A stretch of DNA of 64,000 bases from Hydrurus foetidus (lineage: Eukaryota): assembly GCA_900617105.1 (NCBI GenBank), contig UYFQ01000001.1:1984001-2048000 (forward strand), given 5' to 3'. A model generated the notes under the pieces. That model was not told the DNA's origin, made no database searches, and worked only from the letters and a program-made list of their open reading frames with translations. Shown in pieces: positions 51,676 through 61,085 of this stretch (positions are counted from its first letter, which is position 1; each line of letters starts with the position of its first letter). The translations under genes and the position numbers were made by a program.

Positions 51676-52851
51676 ATGCTACATATGTTGCAAGTCAATT
51701 CTCCGCCAGCTGATCAGCGCCTTGCGCAGATTGCGCGCTCCCGGGCGGCCGCGCTTTACGACAGCGACCCGGCAACACAGCGCGGCACGCAAGCATGGAT
51801 TCAGCGCTCTTGGCAGCGCTGCCTGGCCAGTGGGCACCGGCCAGATCACATCGCCACTTTTGAAGCCGTTTCGCCCCATGCGCCAGCCCACACGCGGGAC
51901 GCAAACCAAGCGCTGCTCAGCGTTGCAAAGCCGATGCTGGAGCAACTTGGCGCCACCATTTCCAGCACCCGCTATTTCGCTATATTGACAGACGCGCGTG
52001 GTGTAGTGGTCGGCAGCTACGGCAATATTGACCGCAGTGACCCGCGAGCCGACTTGATCACCCGCATCGGCTGCGACTTATCTGAAAGCCGCGTGGCCAC
52101 GACCGCCATTGGCGCAGCGCTGGCCGAGCTTGAGCCGATTTGGCTGCACCGGGGCGAGCATTTCTTTGAAAGTAACTCGGTGTACAGCTGCGCAGGCGCG
52201 CCGCTGTTCGGGCACCAAGGCCAGTGCATCGGCATGCTGGACTTAACCGGCATTGACGCGATTGAGCGGCCAGAACTCAAGCACCTGGTGGCGCAGTCTG
52301 CCCGCAGCATTGAAAACGCATTGACGATAGACCGCATAAAAGGCACGCGCGATATCTTGGTGCGGCTGAACTGGCCCGGACGAACACTGGGCGATGACAG
52401 TGACGGACTGGTGTGCTTGAATGCAGATGGGTTCATCACCGCCGCCAATCAAACCGCCAGGCAAATGTTGCCGCAGCTAGCCCCGGTTGCCCACACCGCG
52501 GCTGCAGAACCTACAGGCCAGCTGCATCACAGCAGCGACATGTTTGCGATAGGGTTTGAAGCTTTGTTTAATGCCGCACGCGCAAGTAACCAGCAATCGG
52601 TACTAGACGTGCCGCTATGGTCTGGCTTGCGCTTGAATGCCCGAGCACTTGGCGCAGCCGATGCGTTGAGCCAAGTCGTTCGCACCACCACAAAAGAGCA
52701 AGCGCACCAGCCGCTCAAAGAAATTGAAACCGCCTTGATACGCAAGGCGGTAGACGACGCACGCGGCAACGTATTGCAGGCTGCAAAAGAGTTGGGCGTA
52801 AGCCGCGCCACCGTTTACAGGCGCCTGGGCGCGCTGCTAAAACGCAAATAG
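51676..52851 (+). CDS. GAF-domain regulator with Fis-type HTH (AcoR-like, no AAA+ domain)
   Basis: SWQRC...GAF (GEHF, C.GAPLF) and C-terminal GNV..AAKELGVSRATVYRRL; no Walker A or GAFTGA motif. Confidence 0.85.
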   Translation: MLHMLQVNSPPADQRLAQIARSRAAALYDSDPATQRGTQAWIQRSWQRCLASGHRPDHIATFEAVSPHAPAHTRDANQALLSVAKPMLEQLGATISSTRYFAILTDARGVVVGSYGNIDRSDPRADLITRIGCDLSESRVATTAIGAALAELEPIWLHRGEHFFESNSVYSCAGAPLFGHQGQCIGMLDLTGIDAIERPELKHLVAQSARSIENALTIDRIKGTRDILVRLNWPGRTLGDDSDGLVCLNADGFITAANQTARQMLPQLAPVAHTAAAEPTGQLHHSSDMFAIGFEALFNAARASNQQSVLDVPLWSGLRLNARALGAADALSQVVRTTTKEQAHQPLKEIETALIRKAVDDARGNVLQAAKELGVSRATVYRRLGALLKRK

Positions 52852-52894
52852 ATTACTTGCGTTAACGGCGGGACAACAGTTAGCACATGGTCTG

Positions 52895-53386
52895 TCAATG
52901 CTTGTGCCCAGTGGCGTGGCTGGCAGCTTTGTCGCCCATTGGCAAGGGCGCTGCTGTTCGCACTTCCAGATTCAACTCCAGTTGACTATCTAGTCCTTTA
53001 GAGTCTTTAAAGCGCAACGTCACTGGCACTTTAGTTCCCGGCAGCACCGCGCTCTTTAAGTCCAGCAGCATGACGTGATAACCACCCGGCTTGAGTTCAA
53101 CCGCGGTGCCGGCGGGTAAGTTCAGATTTGGCATGGCGCGCATTTTCATTACGCCGCCCTCCATTTTCATTTCATGAACTTCACCGAGGCCAGCGATTGG
53201 CGACGAAATGCCGACCAATGTCGCGCCGTTTTTAGCCGTAATGCTCATGAACGCTCCGGTGCCCTTTTGGCCTGGCACGGTGCTGCGCACCCAAGCGTTT
53301 TTGACGTCAATGGTGCCGGCGTGGGCCGATGCAGCGATCACAAAAAAAGCAGACAACAAAAAGGATGAAACGACATTTGATTTCAT
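52895..53386 (-). CDS. Periplasmic copper chaperone PCu(A)C
   Basis: Signal peptide; HEM...M.MR...LKPGGYHVML (H-X10-M-X21-HxM pattern). Confidence 0.93.
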   Translation of the reverse strand: MKSNVVSSFLLSAFFVIAASAHAGTIDVKNAWVRSTVPGQKGTGAFMSITAKNGATLVGISSPIAGLGEVHEMKMEGGVMKMRAMPNLNLPAGTAVELKPGGYHVMLLDLKSAVLPGTKVPVTLRFKDSKGLDSQLELNLEVRTAAPLPMGDKAASHATGHKH

Positions 53387-53417
53387 AGATTTCTTTCAAA
53401 ATTTAGATTTACAAGAA

Positions 53418-53717
53418 TTACTTAGCCGAAACGACAGCGCGTGATGCCGAAGCTAATGTCATGCCCGCCCTGTCAAACTTCAAAGCTTGGCAATGTGCAC
53501 GCGCTTTAGCCACCTGAGCTTGTGCAGTCGCCGCTGTCAACGATTTCCCAGCGGCTTTTTGATAGCCTGCGACCATTTCGTTGCACGCGGTTCGCATTTG
53601 CGCGATCATTTCATCAGAATCACAGGCTTGGCTGGACGCCGAGAGCAACAAGATACCTGCGGCAACGGCCGCGTAGCGATTTTTAGCGCAGCGTCGCGCA
53701 ATGGTAAAAAAGTTCAT
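53418..53717 (-). CDS. Small exported Cys/Met-containing hypothetical protein
   Basis: Signal-like segment ending SQA, then CDSDEMIAQMRTACNEM...HC; inside the copper operon. Confidence 0.65.
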   Translation of the reverse strand: MNFFTIARRCAKNRYAAVAAGILLLSASSQACDSDEMIAQMRTACNEMVAGYQKAAGKSLTAATAQAQVAKARAHCQALKFDRAGMTLASASRAVVSAK

Positions 53718-53748
53718 GATGCAATCTTTCAATAATGTGGAATCAAGC

Positions 53749-54282
53749 TTACTTCGCCGGGAGCACTTCGAGCAAGGCTGCCGGTGCTTTCAATCCCTTG
53801 GTGGACGTTCCGCTTGCGGGAATTTCTGACCAATCGATGTTGCCGGTCTCACATCCTTGAAACACCTTAAACCACAGCGGTCCGGTATCTTTCGGTAGTC
53901 TCCCCCTCAGCACAAACTCATCGTAATGAACGTCAGCTAGAGATGATTCCTTGGTGTTGGCAACCCAGCTTACCTGCGTCACCCCTTCAGTCACCATGCC
54001 GCCGTGACCGTTGTCGTACGGCACAGCCAGCTTTCCCAGTTGGGTGGATATCGTCCAGCCTGGTTTGGGCATCGGTTTGACGCCTTGCATTCCTGCAGGC
54101 AGCGACACTCTGATTTGGTTAGTAGCTGCGCCCTCACAACCATGGCCGACCTGAAAGACGGCTCTATACGTACTGAGGGCTGTAGCAGTACGTTCATGCA
54201 GGACTACGTGAGAAAAAGAGGCTAAAGGCCAATAAATCAGGGCGCAAGCAGCTATTAATTTAGCAGTAAAAAAGGTTTTCAT
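53749..54282 (-). CDS. YcnI (DUF1775) copper-binding protein
   Basis: Mature N-terminal His (SHV), VGHGCEG, KPMPKPGW, Q.C..G..DW, PA..L.V; start re-called to ATG 54282. Confidence 0.9.
   Translation of the reverse strand: MKTFFTAKLIAACALIYWPLASFSHVVLHERTATALSTYRAVFQVGHGCEGAATNQIRVSLPAGMQGVKPMPKPGWTISTQLGKLAVPYDNGHGGMVTEGVTQVSWVANTKESSLADVHYDEFVLRGRLPKDTGPLWFKVFQGCETGNIDWSEIPASGTSTKGLKAPAALLEVLPAK
54220..54267 (-). repeat. Family A repeat, copy 9 (in frame in the YcnI signal peptide)
   Basis: Reverse complement ACTGCTAAATTAATAGCTGCTTGCGCCCTGATTTATTGGCCTTTAGCC encodes TAKLIAACALIYWPLA. Confidence 0.8.
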
Positions 54283-54300
54283 GGTACTTTCCAAACAGGG

Positions 54301-56640
54301 TTACAAGGCAAACTTCAGCTCAGTTATGAATGTGCGCTGGGGATAGGGGTGAAATGCGTAGTACTTGTAATTATTGAAGTTGTCGACACCCACTGCCAGA
54401 CTGATTTGTTTACTGGCTTGGTATTTGACCCGCGTATCAGCAGTGAAATATTTGCTAAATCCTGTGTAAGCAAAGCCGTTTACGTCTGAGTTGTTTAAAT
54501 TCCCAAACTGCGAGCCGCTGTAGCGCACACCGAGACTTGCCGTCCACTGCGGGTCGAACCGATAGCTGACCAAAGCGGTGGCTCGCCACACTGGCACGCG
54601 GGGTTGCTGCTTGCCGATCGTGTCGCCAGGCGTGGTTACAAACCCAGCGTTTTCTTTGATGCGCGAGTCCGCATAAGTCACGCTACCTCCCAGGTCCAAA
54701 CCTTTTTTGAACACATCGTTGCCATTGAAGGCGGCTTCTACGCCTTTAGTCTGAATCAGCCCCACGTTTTGCACTCGGGTGATGTTTACATTGGTCAAGC
54801 TGGACGAGACTTGCGAGTAGAGCGCGTCTCGCGTGGTTTCAGTAAACAAAGTAACCCTAAGCAGGGCAGATCCCAAGTCTTTTTCTGCAGACAGCTCAGT
54901 AGTCCAGGACTTCTCCGGTCGCAGGTTGGGGTCGTTTAAAAACTGCGAGTTGGTAGTGGCAGTTGCCCCGTACAGCTCGTTAACAGTAGGAAAACGCAGC
55001 GCACGCCCAGCTGACGCTTTCAGCACCAGGTCGTTAGACCACTGGTAAGACAGCGCTGCTTTGGGTGACAGAAAGTTTTCGCTTCGGTTTGTATAAGCTT
55101 TGTTAGCCGGGTTGCCTGCGCCAAACGTCGTAAAGCCGCTGTCGGCGCGCCAATTTTCAACACGCATCCCCAGCACGGTCTTCCAGCTCGGGGCAAAAGC
55201 CCAGGTGTCCTGCGCATAAACACCTCTGTTCTGCGTGGTACCCCCTACCTCGTTGACTACAGCGCCGGGGCCGTCGTTCAAATAGTTGCCTGCAATGGCA
55301 GAGCGCAAAATCCGCAGTTTGTAGCTGTCTTGCTGAAAGCCAAAATCCACGATGTGCGGGCCTGCGGTGCCGTTAGGTCGCCAGGTTCCTTTTAGCGCCA
55401 CCGTGTTCCAGCCCGTTCCGCCCAAATCAGTCAATGTGCCCGCCCCGCCCAGCAGTGATGCGGGTTGTGCAATTGTTGAGGCACGGTTCTGATCTTTGCT
55501 GTAGTCGTACAAGCTAGCGGCGACTTCCCAGTCAAAGACGCCCTGGGTGTTCGACTTGACGGACAGCCCGTGCATGATGTGCGAAAGCGACTCGTCGGCA
55601 ACCCCGAAATCGTTTGCGGCCAGCGTGTAGCGTTTGCCATCTATAAGCACATTTCCGCTGTACACCGGGTCGCCAGCCGCATTGCGCAGGTAGCTTTGCG
55701 AGCGATTCTCACTTGTGTTTTGCCAGTAGCCCAGCGTGTAACTGGCCCGCACAGTGGGAGAAAAATCGTATGCAAGCTTAACCTTGACCTGGTCTTGAGT
55801 GGTCTTGTATTGAGTCGAGCCGCCCAGAACCAACCATGGCAAATTAGCCGGGTTAAGCCCTGCCACAGCCCCCGTTACGGCTTGCGCGCCAGGAGCCGGC
55901 GCTGCGCCTTGGCTTGCCAGGCGAGCAGCAAAAACCAGTGGCTGACTGTTGCTTACGGATCGGTTGGCGCTCACAAACCAAGACCAGTCGCCATTTTTGT
56001 TGCCAAGCGACGCGCTAGCCGCGCCGCCTCCGAAGCGGCTGTCGGTTCCGTACAACTGGTACTTTTGCGTAAAGCCGGTGAGTTTTACCTGCCCCTCAAA
56101 TTGCTTGGGCATGCGGGTCACGTAGTCAACTACCGCACCAACAGAATTTCCGGCATAAGCAGCAGAAAACGGTCCATATAAAACGTCGACTCGCTCAATT
56201 TCTTCAGGCGTTACCAATCCCCAGCGCGGCGTAAAGTTGGCCCCGTTGCCAAGAAGGTTCGACAGCAAGATGCCATCGGCATAGACCATCGACCGGGCAG
56301 AGTTGCCTGTTCCGGATGCACGACTGGAAAGCACAGCGTGGTTGTAGTCACCTATGTAACGTTTGCGCACCACCAAGCTCGGAAAATACTTCAGTGCATC
56401 CTGGCTGTCCGTCGCGTTGATGGTTTGCTCAATTTGCTCTTTGGTCACCCCCTCAATCGTTGTGGGAATTTGCGTAGGCAGTGATGTGGGTCGCCCACCG
56501 GTGACGGTGACGACGCCTAGTGCTTTGACGGGCGAATCAGAAGGCGCCGGGCTGACCGGCTGCGCAAAAGCGCCAAAGCTGGCCAACATGGCGACTGTGA
56601 CGCCGCTTAATCGAAAACAAAATTGATGACGGTTATTCAT
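54301..56640 (-). CDS. TonB-dependent receptor, probably copper-related
   Basis: Signal peptide, VVTVTG TonB-box-like segment, IERVDVLYGPFSA.Y plug motif, terminal beta-strand; upstream of ycnI and PCuAC. Confidence 0.92.
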   Translation of the reverse strand: MNNRHQFCFRLSGVTVAMLASFGAFAQPVSPAPSDSPVKALGVVTVTGGRPTSLPTQIPTTIEGVTKEQIEQTINATDSQDALKYFPSLVVRKRYIGDYNHAVLSSRASGTGNSARSMVYADGILLSNLLGNGANFTPRWGLVTPEEIERVDVLYGPFSAAYAGNSVGAVVDYVTRMPKQFEGQVKLTGFTQKYQLYGTDSRFGGGAASASLGNKNGDWSWFVSANRSVSNSQPLVFAARLASQGAAPAPGAQAVTGAVAGLNPANLPWLVLGGSTQYKTTQDQVKVKLAYDFSPTVRASYTLGYWQNTSENRSQSYLRNAAGDPVYSGNVLIDGKRYTLAANDFGVADESLSHIMHGLSVKSNTQGVFDWEVAASLYDYSKDQNRASTIAQPASLLGGAGTLTDLGGTGWNTVALKGTWRPNGTAGPHIVDFGFQQDSYKLRILRSAIAGNYLNDGPGAVVNEVGGTTQNRGVYAQDTWAFAPSWKTVLGMRVENWRADSGFTTFGAGNPANKAYTNRSENFLSPKAALSYQWSNDLVLKASAGRALRFPTVNELYGATATTNSQFLNDPNLRPEKSWTTELSAEKDLGSALLRVTLFTETTRDALYSQVSSSLTNVNITRVQNVGLIQTKGVEAAFNGNDVFKKGLDLGGSVTYADSRIKENAGFVTTPGDTIGKQQPRVPVWRATALVSYRFDPQWTASLGVRYSGSQFGNLNNSDVNGFAYTGFSKYFTADTRVKYQASKQISLAVGVDNFNNYKYYAFHPYPQRTFITELKFAL

Positions 56641-56740
56641 GGAATTCTCACTTTTGAACAAAACAACGAAAACGCTGACCAGTCAGGACAACGCGTCATT
56701 AGCCCCCACCCAGCTTTAAGCAGGCAAGAGCAGCTTTAGT

Positions 56741-57112
56741 TCAAAGTACAGGCGGCCCGCGATTGGGCGGCAGGCCTGCAACGCGTGCGGCCAGATCAAA
56801 CGGCACATTGGCAGCCACGGCCTGCCCGGCAGGTTGGCAGGGCTGGGTGCGTGCAACAACCGGTGAAAGGGCAATTCCCGGCGAGCCACACAAGTCGCAA
56901 TGCGGGCCAGCGCCCGTTGCATCCGCTTCACCGCCATTGCTACCAAGAGATGAACTCAACGAACACAGCCCGCCCAACTTTCCGGTACGCACCTCTTCGG
57001 CCAAGGCCGACGCAGGCACGACCAGCGCCGACAACAATGCCAAAAAGCTCAGAAACGCAGCAAAGCGCTGCCAAAGAGGCAATTGACAAGAGCGATTCAA
57101 CAGTGACGTCAC
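56741..57112 (-). CDS. DUF2946-family leader protein (CruR/CutF-like)
   Basis: Signal/TM segment, HCDLC CxxC motif, C-terminal PPNRGPP; directly upstream of the TonB receptor. Confidence 0.8.
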   Translation of the reverse strand: MTSLLNRSCQLPLWQRFAAFLSFLALLSALVVPASALAEEVRTGKLGGLCSLSSSLGSNGGEADATGAGPHCDLCGSPGIALSPVVARTQPCQPAGQAVAANVPFDLAARVAGLPPNRGPPVL

Positions 57113-57216
57113 GCAGGGAGTATAGAAAAGAATGCGGCGGGCGAAAAAAACGCGGCAGTACGCGCCCTGCTCTCGCAGGTGAAATTTGCGCCATCGCGCT
57201 GAAGTAAACTAAAACG

Positions 57217-60039
57217 TTGACGACTTCACTCACAGGCCCCATGGGCGACCTTACCAACGCAGACAGCGGCGCACTGGCTGGAGAAAAACCAGACCTAAAC
57301 GCAGCATTGGCGTCTGCAAGCACGACGGCTCAAGCGCTTGCCCCTTCGGCAAAAGCGGGGCACTTTGACGAACTGCGCGGCGCAGTTGCACCGCACTCAT
57401 CGGCGGTAAATGCATTTCAATTCCAGTCCCAGTCTCAATCACCTCTCGGTTCAAGTTCGAGTCAATCTTCTCAAGGCTCCGGAATCGTTAGCGACAACAA
57501 ACCTGCAAGCCTTCATCCGCATTGGGATTCGTTTTTTGAGTTTTTGGGCGCCAGCGGCTTTGCTGACTTAAACCAGCGCACGGTTAATTTAAAAAGGCAG
57601 ATTCGCGATAACGGCGTCACGTACAACGTTTACGCCGACGCTAACGGCCCGCAGCGCCCGTGGTCGCTGGACCTTTTGCCCCTGATTATTTCCCCGAGCG
57701 ACTGGGCGCACATTGAGGCGGGTATTCAACAACGCACGCGGCTTTTAAACAGCATCATGGCCGATGTGTACGGCCCACAATCGTTGCTGTCGCGCGGACT
57801 TTTACCAGCTGCACTGGTGCAGGGGCACCCGGGCTACCTGCGAGCCATGCAGGGCGTGCAGCCTGCGGGCGGCATGTTTTTGCACATTGCAGCGTTCGAC
57901 CTCGCACACGGGCCGGACGGTAAATGGTCAGTCGTGTCGCAGCGTACGCAGGCGCCGTCTGGCTTGGGGTATTTGCTTGAAAATCGCCTGAGCATATCCA
58001 TGCTTTTTCCTGAGGCATTTCGCGGAATGCGCGTGCAGCGCCTGGCCGATTCGTACAAAGCGCTGGTCGACAGCATGAAGGCACTTAGCCAGCAAGCCGA
58101 CAGCCGCATCGTGCTGCTGACCTCTGGGCCTTACAACGAGACCTACTTTGAGCACGCTTACCTGGCACGCTACTTGGGCCTGACGCTGGTTGAAGGCAAA
58201 GACTTGCTCGTCCGCGATGAGCGATTATTTTTGAAAACACTGCAGGGCTTGGAGCCAGTGCACGGCGTTTTAAAGCGGCTCGATGACGAGTTTTTAGACC
58301 CACTAGAGCTGCGCGCTGACTCGACGCTTGGCGTGCCAGGTTTGCTGCAAGTGATTCGGGCTGGCAATGTGCAGGTGGCCAACGCGCCCGGCTCGGCGTT
58401 TTTGGAGTCGAGTGCCCTGCTCGGCTTTTTGCCTGCATTGTCTGAAGAACTGCTGGGCGAAACGCTCAGCTTGAGCTCGCTTAGCACTTGGTGGTGCGGG
58501 GAACAAGCCGTGATGCAAAGCATGTTGGCACAGCTTAAAAACTGCGTCATCAAACCCACTTACCCGGCCACCGGCATGGCTTCTGTGCTGGGCCACACGC
58601 TTAACCAGCGCGGGCTTGACGAGTGGGCGGGCAGAATTGTGCGGGGCGGCAACGACTACACCGTTCAAGCCTATGTGCCACTTTCGCAAACGCCGACTTG
58701 GCAAAGCAATCTCATCGCGCCGCGTTCCGCCATGCTTCGGGTGTTTGCACTGCCCGATCGGCATGGCTCGTGGCGGGTGCTGCCGGGCGGTTTGGCTCGC
58801 CTGGCTGGCAAGGACGACAACATTGCCTCCATGCAATATGGCGGCAGCAGCGCTGACGTTTGGGTAATGGCTGCCGCTACACACAACGCAGGTCGCCCAG
58901 CAGATGACGCATTCGCCCCGGTCGAGCCGCTGCCATTAACCGTTGCGCCAAATGCAAATGCAGCAGGGCCAGAGCTTGCCGCCTCGTCAGTGGTGGCCCA
59001 GCCGGTGGGCACGAGTCGCAAGCAGCCCGTGACAAGCCGTGCGGCTGAAAATCTTTTTTGGTTGGGCCGCTACAGCGAACGCGCAGAAAACTCGCTTCGA
59101 CTGGCGCAGCTAACGCTGCACAGTTTGGCAGGCGACGAGCAGTCGTCGCCACCACTTTTGAATTGGGTCAGTGCCCTGGCAGTCAGCAATTCGCTGGTGC
59201 TTGACAGCGTACCCACCGCAACGCAGGCCAGGCGCGTTTTTGAACGCGCCTTGATTGCTGCGCTGCCTAACATCGATGAAAACGCCAGCGTTGGCTTTAA
59301 CCTGTGCGCCTTAAAAAGCGCGGCGTCTGCGGTGCGCGAGCGGCTTTCGCAGGAGCAGTGGCACGTGATTGTGCAAATGGAGCGTGATTTTTTTAAGCAC
59401 TGCAGTGCGGTCGTAAAACCTGAGCCGGACTACAGCCTGGCAGCCGCCCTAAGCGCACTGGACGCCACCAGCAGCTATTTGGCAGCCATTACCGGCGCGC
59501 AAACCGACCGCATGATGCGCGACGACGGCTGGCGCCTGCTCAGCATTGGCCGGCACATTGAGCGCTTGGGCACGTTGTCAAGCGCGCTCGCCAAAGGGTT
59601 CACCACCCGAGCAGTGCTTGACGACAGTGGGTTCAGCGCCATCGTGGCGCTGTTTGACAGCACCATCACCTTTCATGCGCAATACCAGCAGCGCCGAGAC
59701 TTGTCTGCGCTGCTTGAATTGCTGGTGCTTGACCAAGACAACCCCCGTTCACTGAGCTGGGTGCTGAAGTCGCTCAAGAACCGGCTAACCAAACTGATTG
59801 GCAATACCGCCAGAGAAGGCGAGTCGGCAAATGCGGCGCTGCAGCATTTCGCCTTGCACGAACTGCCAGACCTCGCCAATATGTTGCAAGAGGCCGCCCA
59901 AAGCGGCGACACGTCACCGCTGATACAGGCCTTTGAGCGTTGCCGGATATGCGCGTTTGAACTGTCCGACGAATTGGGTCAGCGTTACTTTAGCCACGCC
60001 AACGCCCGCGATTTCAACGCGGTCAGCGTTGGCGCATGA
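57217..60039 (+). CDS. Circularly permuted ATP-grasp (type 2) fused to an alpha-E (DUF403) domain
   Basis: DNGVTYNVY, RPWSLD, RTQAPSGLGY.LENR, GPYNETYFEH, PGGLAR, then SRAAENLFWLGRYSERAE and GRHIER alpha-E motifs; start uncertain. Confidence 0.9.
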   Translation: MTTSLTGPMGDLTNADSGALAGEKPDLNAALASASTTAQALAPSAKAGHFDELRGAVAPHSSAVNAFQFQSQSQSPLGSSSSQSSQGSGIVSDNKPASLHPHWDSFFEFLGASGFADLNQRTVNLKRQIRDNGVTYNVYADANGPQRPWSLDLLPLIISPSDWAHIEAGIQQRTRLLNSIMADVYGPQSLLSRGLLPAALVQGHPGYLRAMQGVQPAGGMFLHIAAFDLAHGPDGKWSVVSQRTQAPSGLGYLLENRLSISMLFPEAFRGMRVQRLADSYKALVDSMKALSQQADSRIVLLTSGPYNETYFEHAYLARYLGLTLVEGKDLLVRDERLFLKTLQGLEPVHGVLKRLDDEFLDPLELRADSTLGVPGLLQVIRAGNVQVANAPGSAFLESSALLGFLPALSEELLGETLSLSSLSTWWCGEQAVMQSMLAQLKNCVIKPTYPATGMASVLGHTLNQRGLDEWAGRIVRGGNDYTVQAYVPLSQTPTWQSNLIAPRSAMLRVFALPDRHGSWRVLPGGLARLAGKDDNIASMQYGGSSADVWVMAAATHNAGRPADDAFAPVEPLPLTVAPNANAAGPELAASSVVAQPVGTSRKQPVTSRAAENLFWLGRYSERAENSLRLAQLTLHSLAGDEQSSPPLLNWVSALAVSNSLVLDSVPTATQARRVFERALIAALPNIDENASVGFNLCALKSAASAVRERLSQEQWHVIVQMERDFFKHCSAVVKPEPDYSLAAALSALDATSSYLAAITGAQTDRMMRDDGWRLLSIGRHIERLGTLSSALAKGFTTRAVLDDSGFSAIVALFDSTITFHAQYQQRRDLSALLELLVLDQDNPRSLSWVLKSLKNRLTKLIGNTAREGESANAALQHFALHELPDLANMLQEAAQSGDTSPLIQAFERCRICAFELSDELGQRYFSHANARDFNAVSVGA

Positions 60040-60094
60040 GCTGCTGCGCAAGAAAACGACGCACGCCACACCACACGACTGATTTGATGCACCC

Positions 60095-61015
60095 ATGCTG
60101 TTAAACCTTCATCACGAGACGCATTACTGCTACAGCCCTGCAGTTGAAAATGCACACCACATCGTGCATTTACAGCCTGCCAGCGGCTTGGCACAAACGG
60201 TACTGAGCCACCAGCTGCACATCAGCCCGCTGCCGGACCACCAACGCGACGCGCAAGACGTTTTTGGCAATTACCGGACGTTTTTTTCAGTCCACCGCAG
60301 CCATCTTGAGCTGAGTGTCAGCGCCAGCAGCGTTGTTAACACCCACCGAGCACAAAGCCATCACAACTGCGGCAATGCGCCATGGGAAAGCACACGAGAA
60401 CGCTATGTTTACCGCGCGGGGAGCTCGCACGACGCAGCCTGGCAGTTTGTTTTTGCATCACCCTTCGCGCCTGACAGCCGCGAATTCCCCGAGTTTGCTG
60501 AATTCGCAGCGCCAAGCTTTTTACCCAGCAGGCCGTTAGCCGAGGCTGCTCACGACTTGATGAGTCGCGTGCACAGCATCATGAGCTATGACGGCGACGC
60601 AACTGACGTGAACACGCCGCCCCTGTTGGCGCTGCGCCAGGGCAAGGGTGTTTGCCAAGACTTTGCGCACATCATGGTGGCCTGCTGCCGCGCGCTTGGC
60701 CTGCCCGCACGCTACGTAAGCGGCTACATGTTGACGCAACCATTGGCGGGGCAAAGCAGGCTGATTGGCTGCGACGCAACACATGCCTGGGTGCAGGTGT
60801 ACTGCGCAGACCCGCAAGACCCAGAGCGCGGCGAGTGGCTTGACTTCGACCCAACGAATAACCGCGTTCCACTAGACGAATACATCGTGCTGGCAACCGG
60901 TCGTGATTATTTGGACGTGTCGCCGGTTCGCGGCGTGATTCATGGCGGCGCGCAGCACACGTTGAGCGTCGCTGTCACCGTCACGCCGGTAGACTCGGTT
61001 TTTGCAACTGCCTGA
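60095..61015 (+). CDS. Transglutaminase-like protein
   Basis: H.T.Y.Y N-terminal domain; GVCQDFAH, HAW and DFDPTN Cys-His-Asp triad; GRDY.DV.P. Confidence 0.93.
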   Translation: MLLNLHHETHYCYSPAVENAHHIVHLQPASGLAQTVLSHQLHISPLPDHQRDAQDVFGNYRTFFSVHRSHLELSVSASSVVNTHRAQSHHNCGNAPWESTRERYVYRAGSSHDAAWQFVFASPFAPDSREFPEFAEFAAPSFLPSRPLAEAAHDLMSRVHSIMSYDGDATDVNTPPLLALRQGKGVCQDFAHIMVACCRALGLPARYVSGYMLTQPLAGQSRLIGCDATHAWVQVYCADPQDPERGEWLDFDPTNNRVPLDEYIVLATGRDYLDVSPVRGVIHGGAQHTLSVAVTVTPVDSVFATA

Positions 61016-61085
61016 TGTACGGCGCCGCAAGCAACAAGCAAGCGCGCAAGCCGATTTTCAATTCACCCTCAAAAAGGAAAACGCA

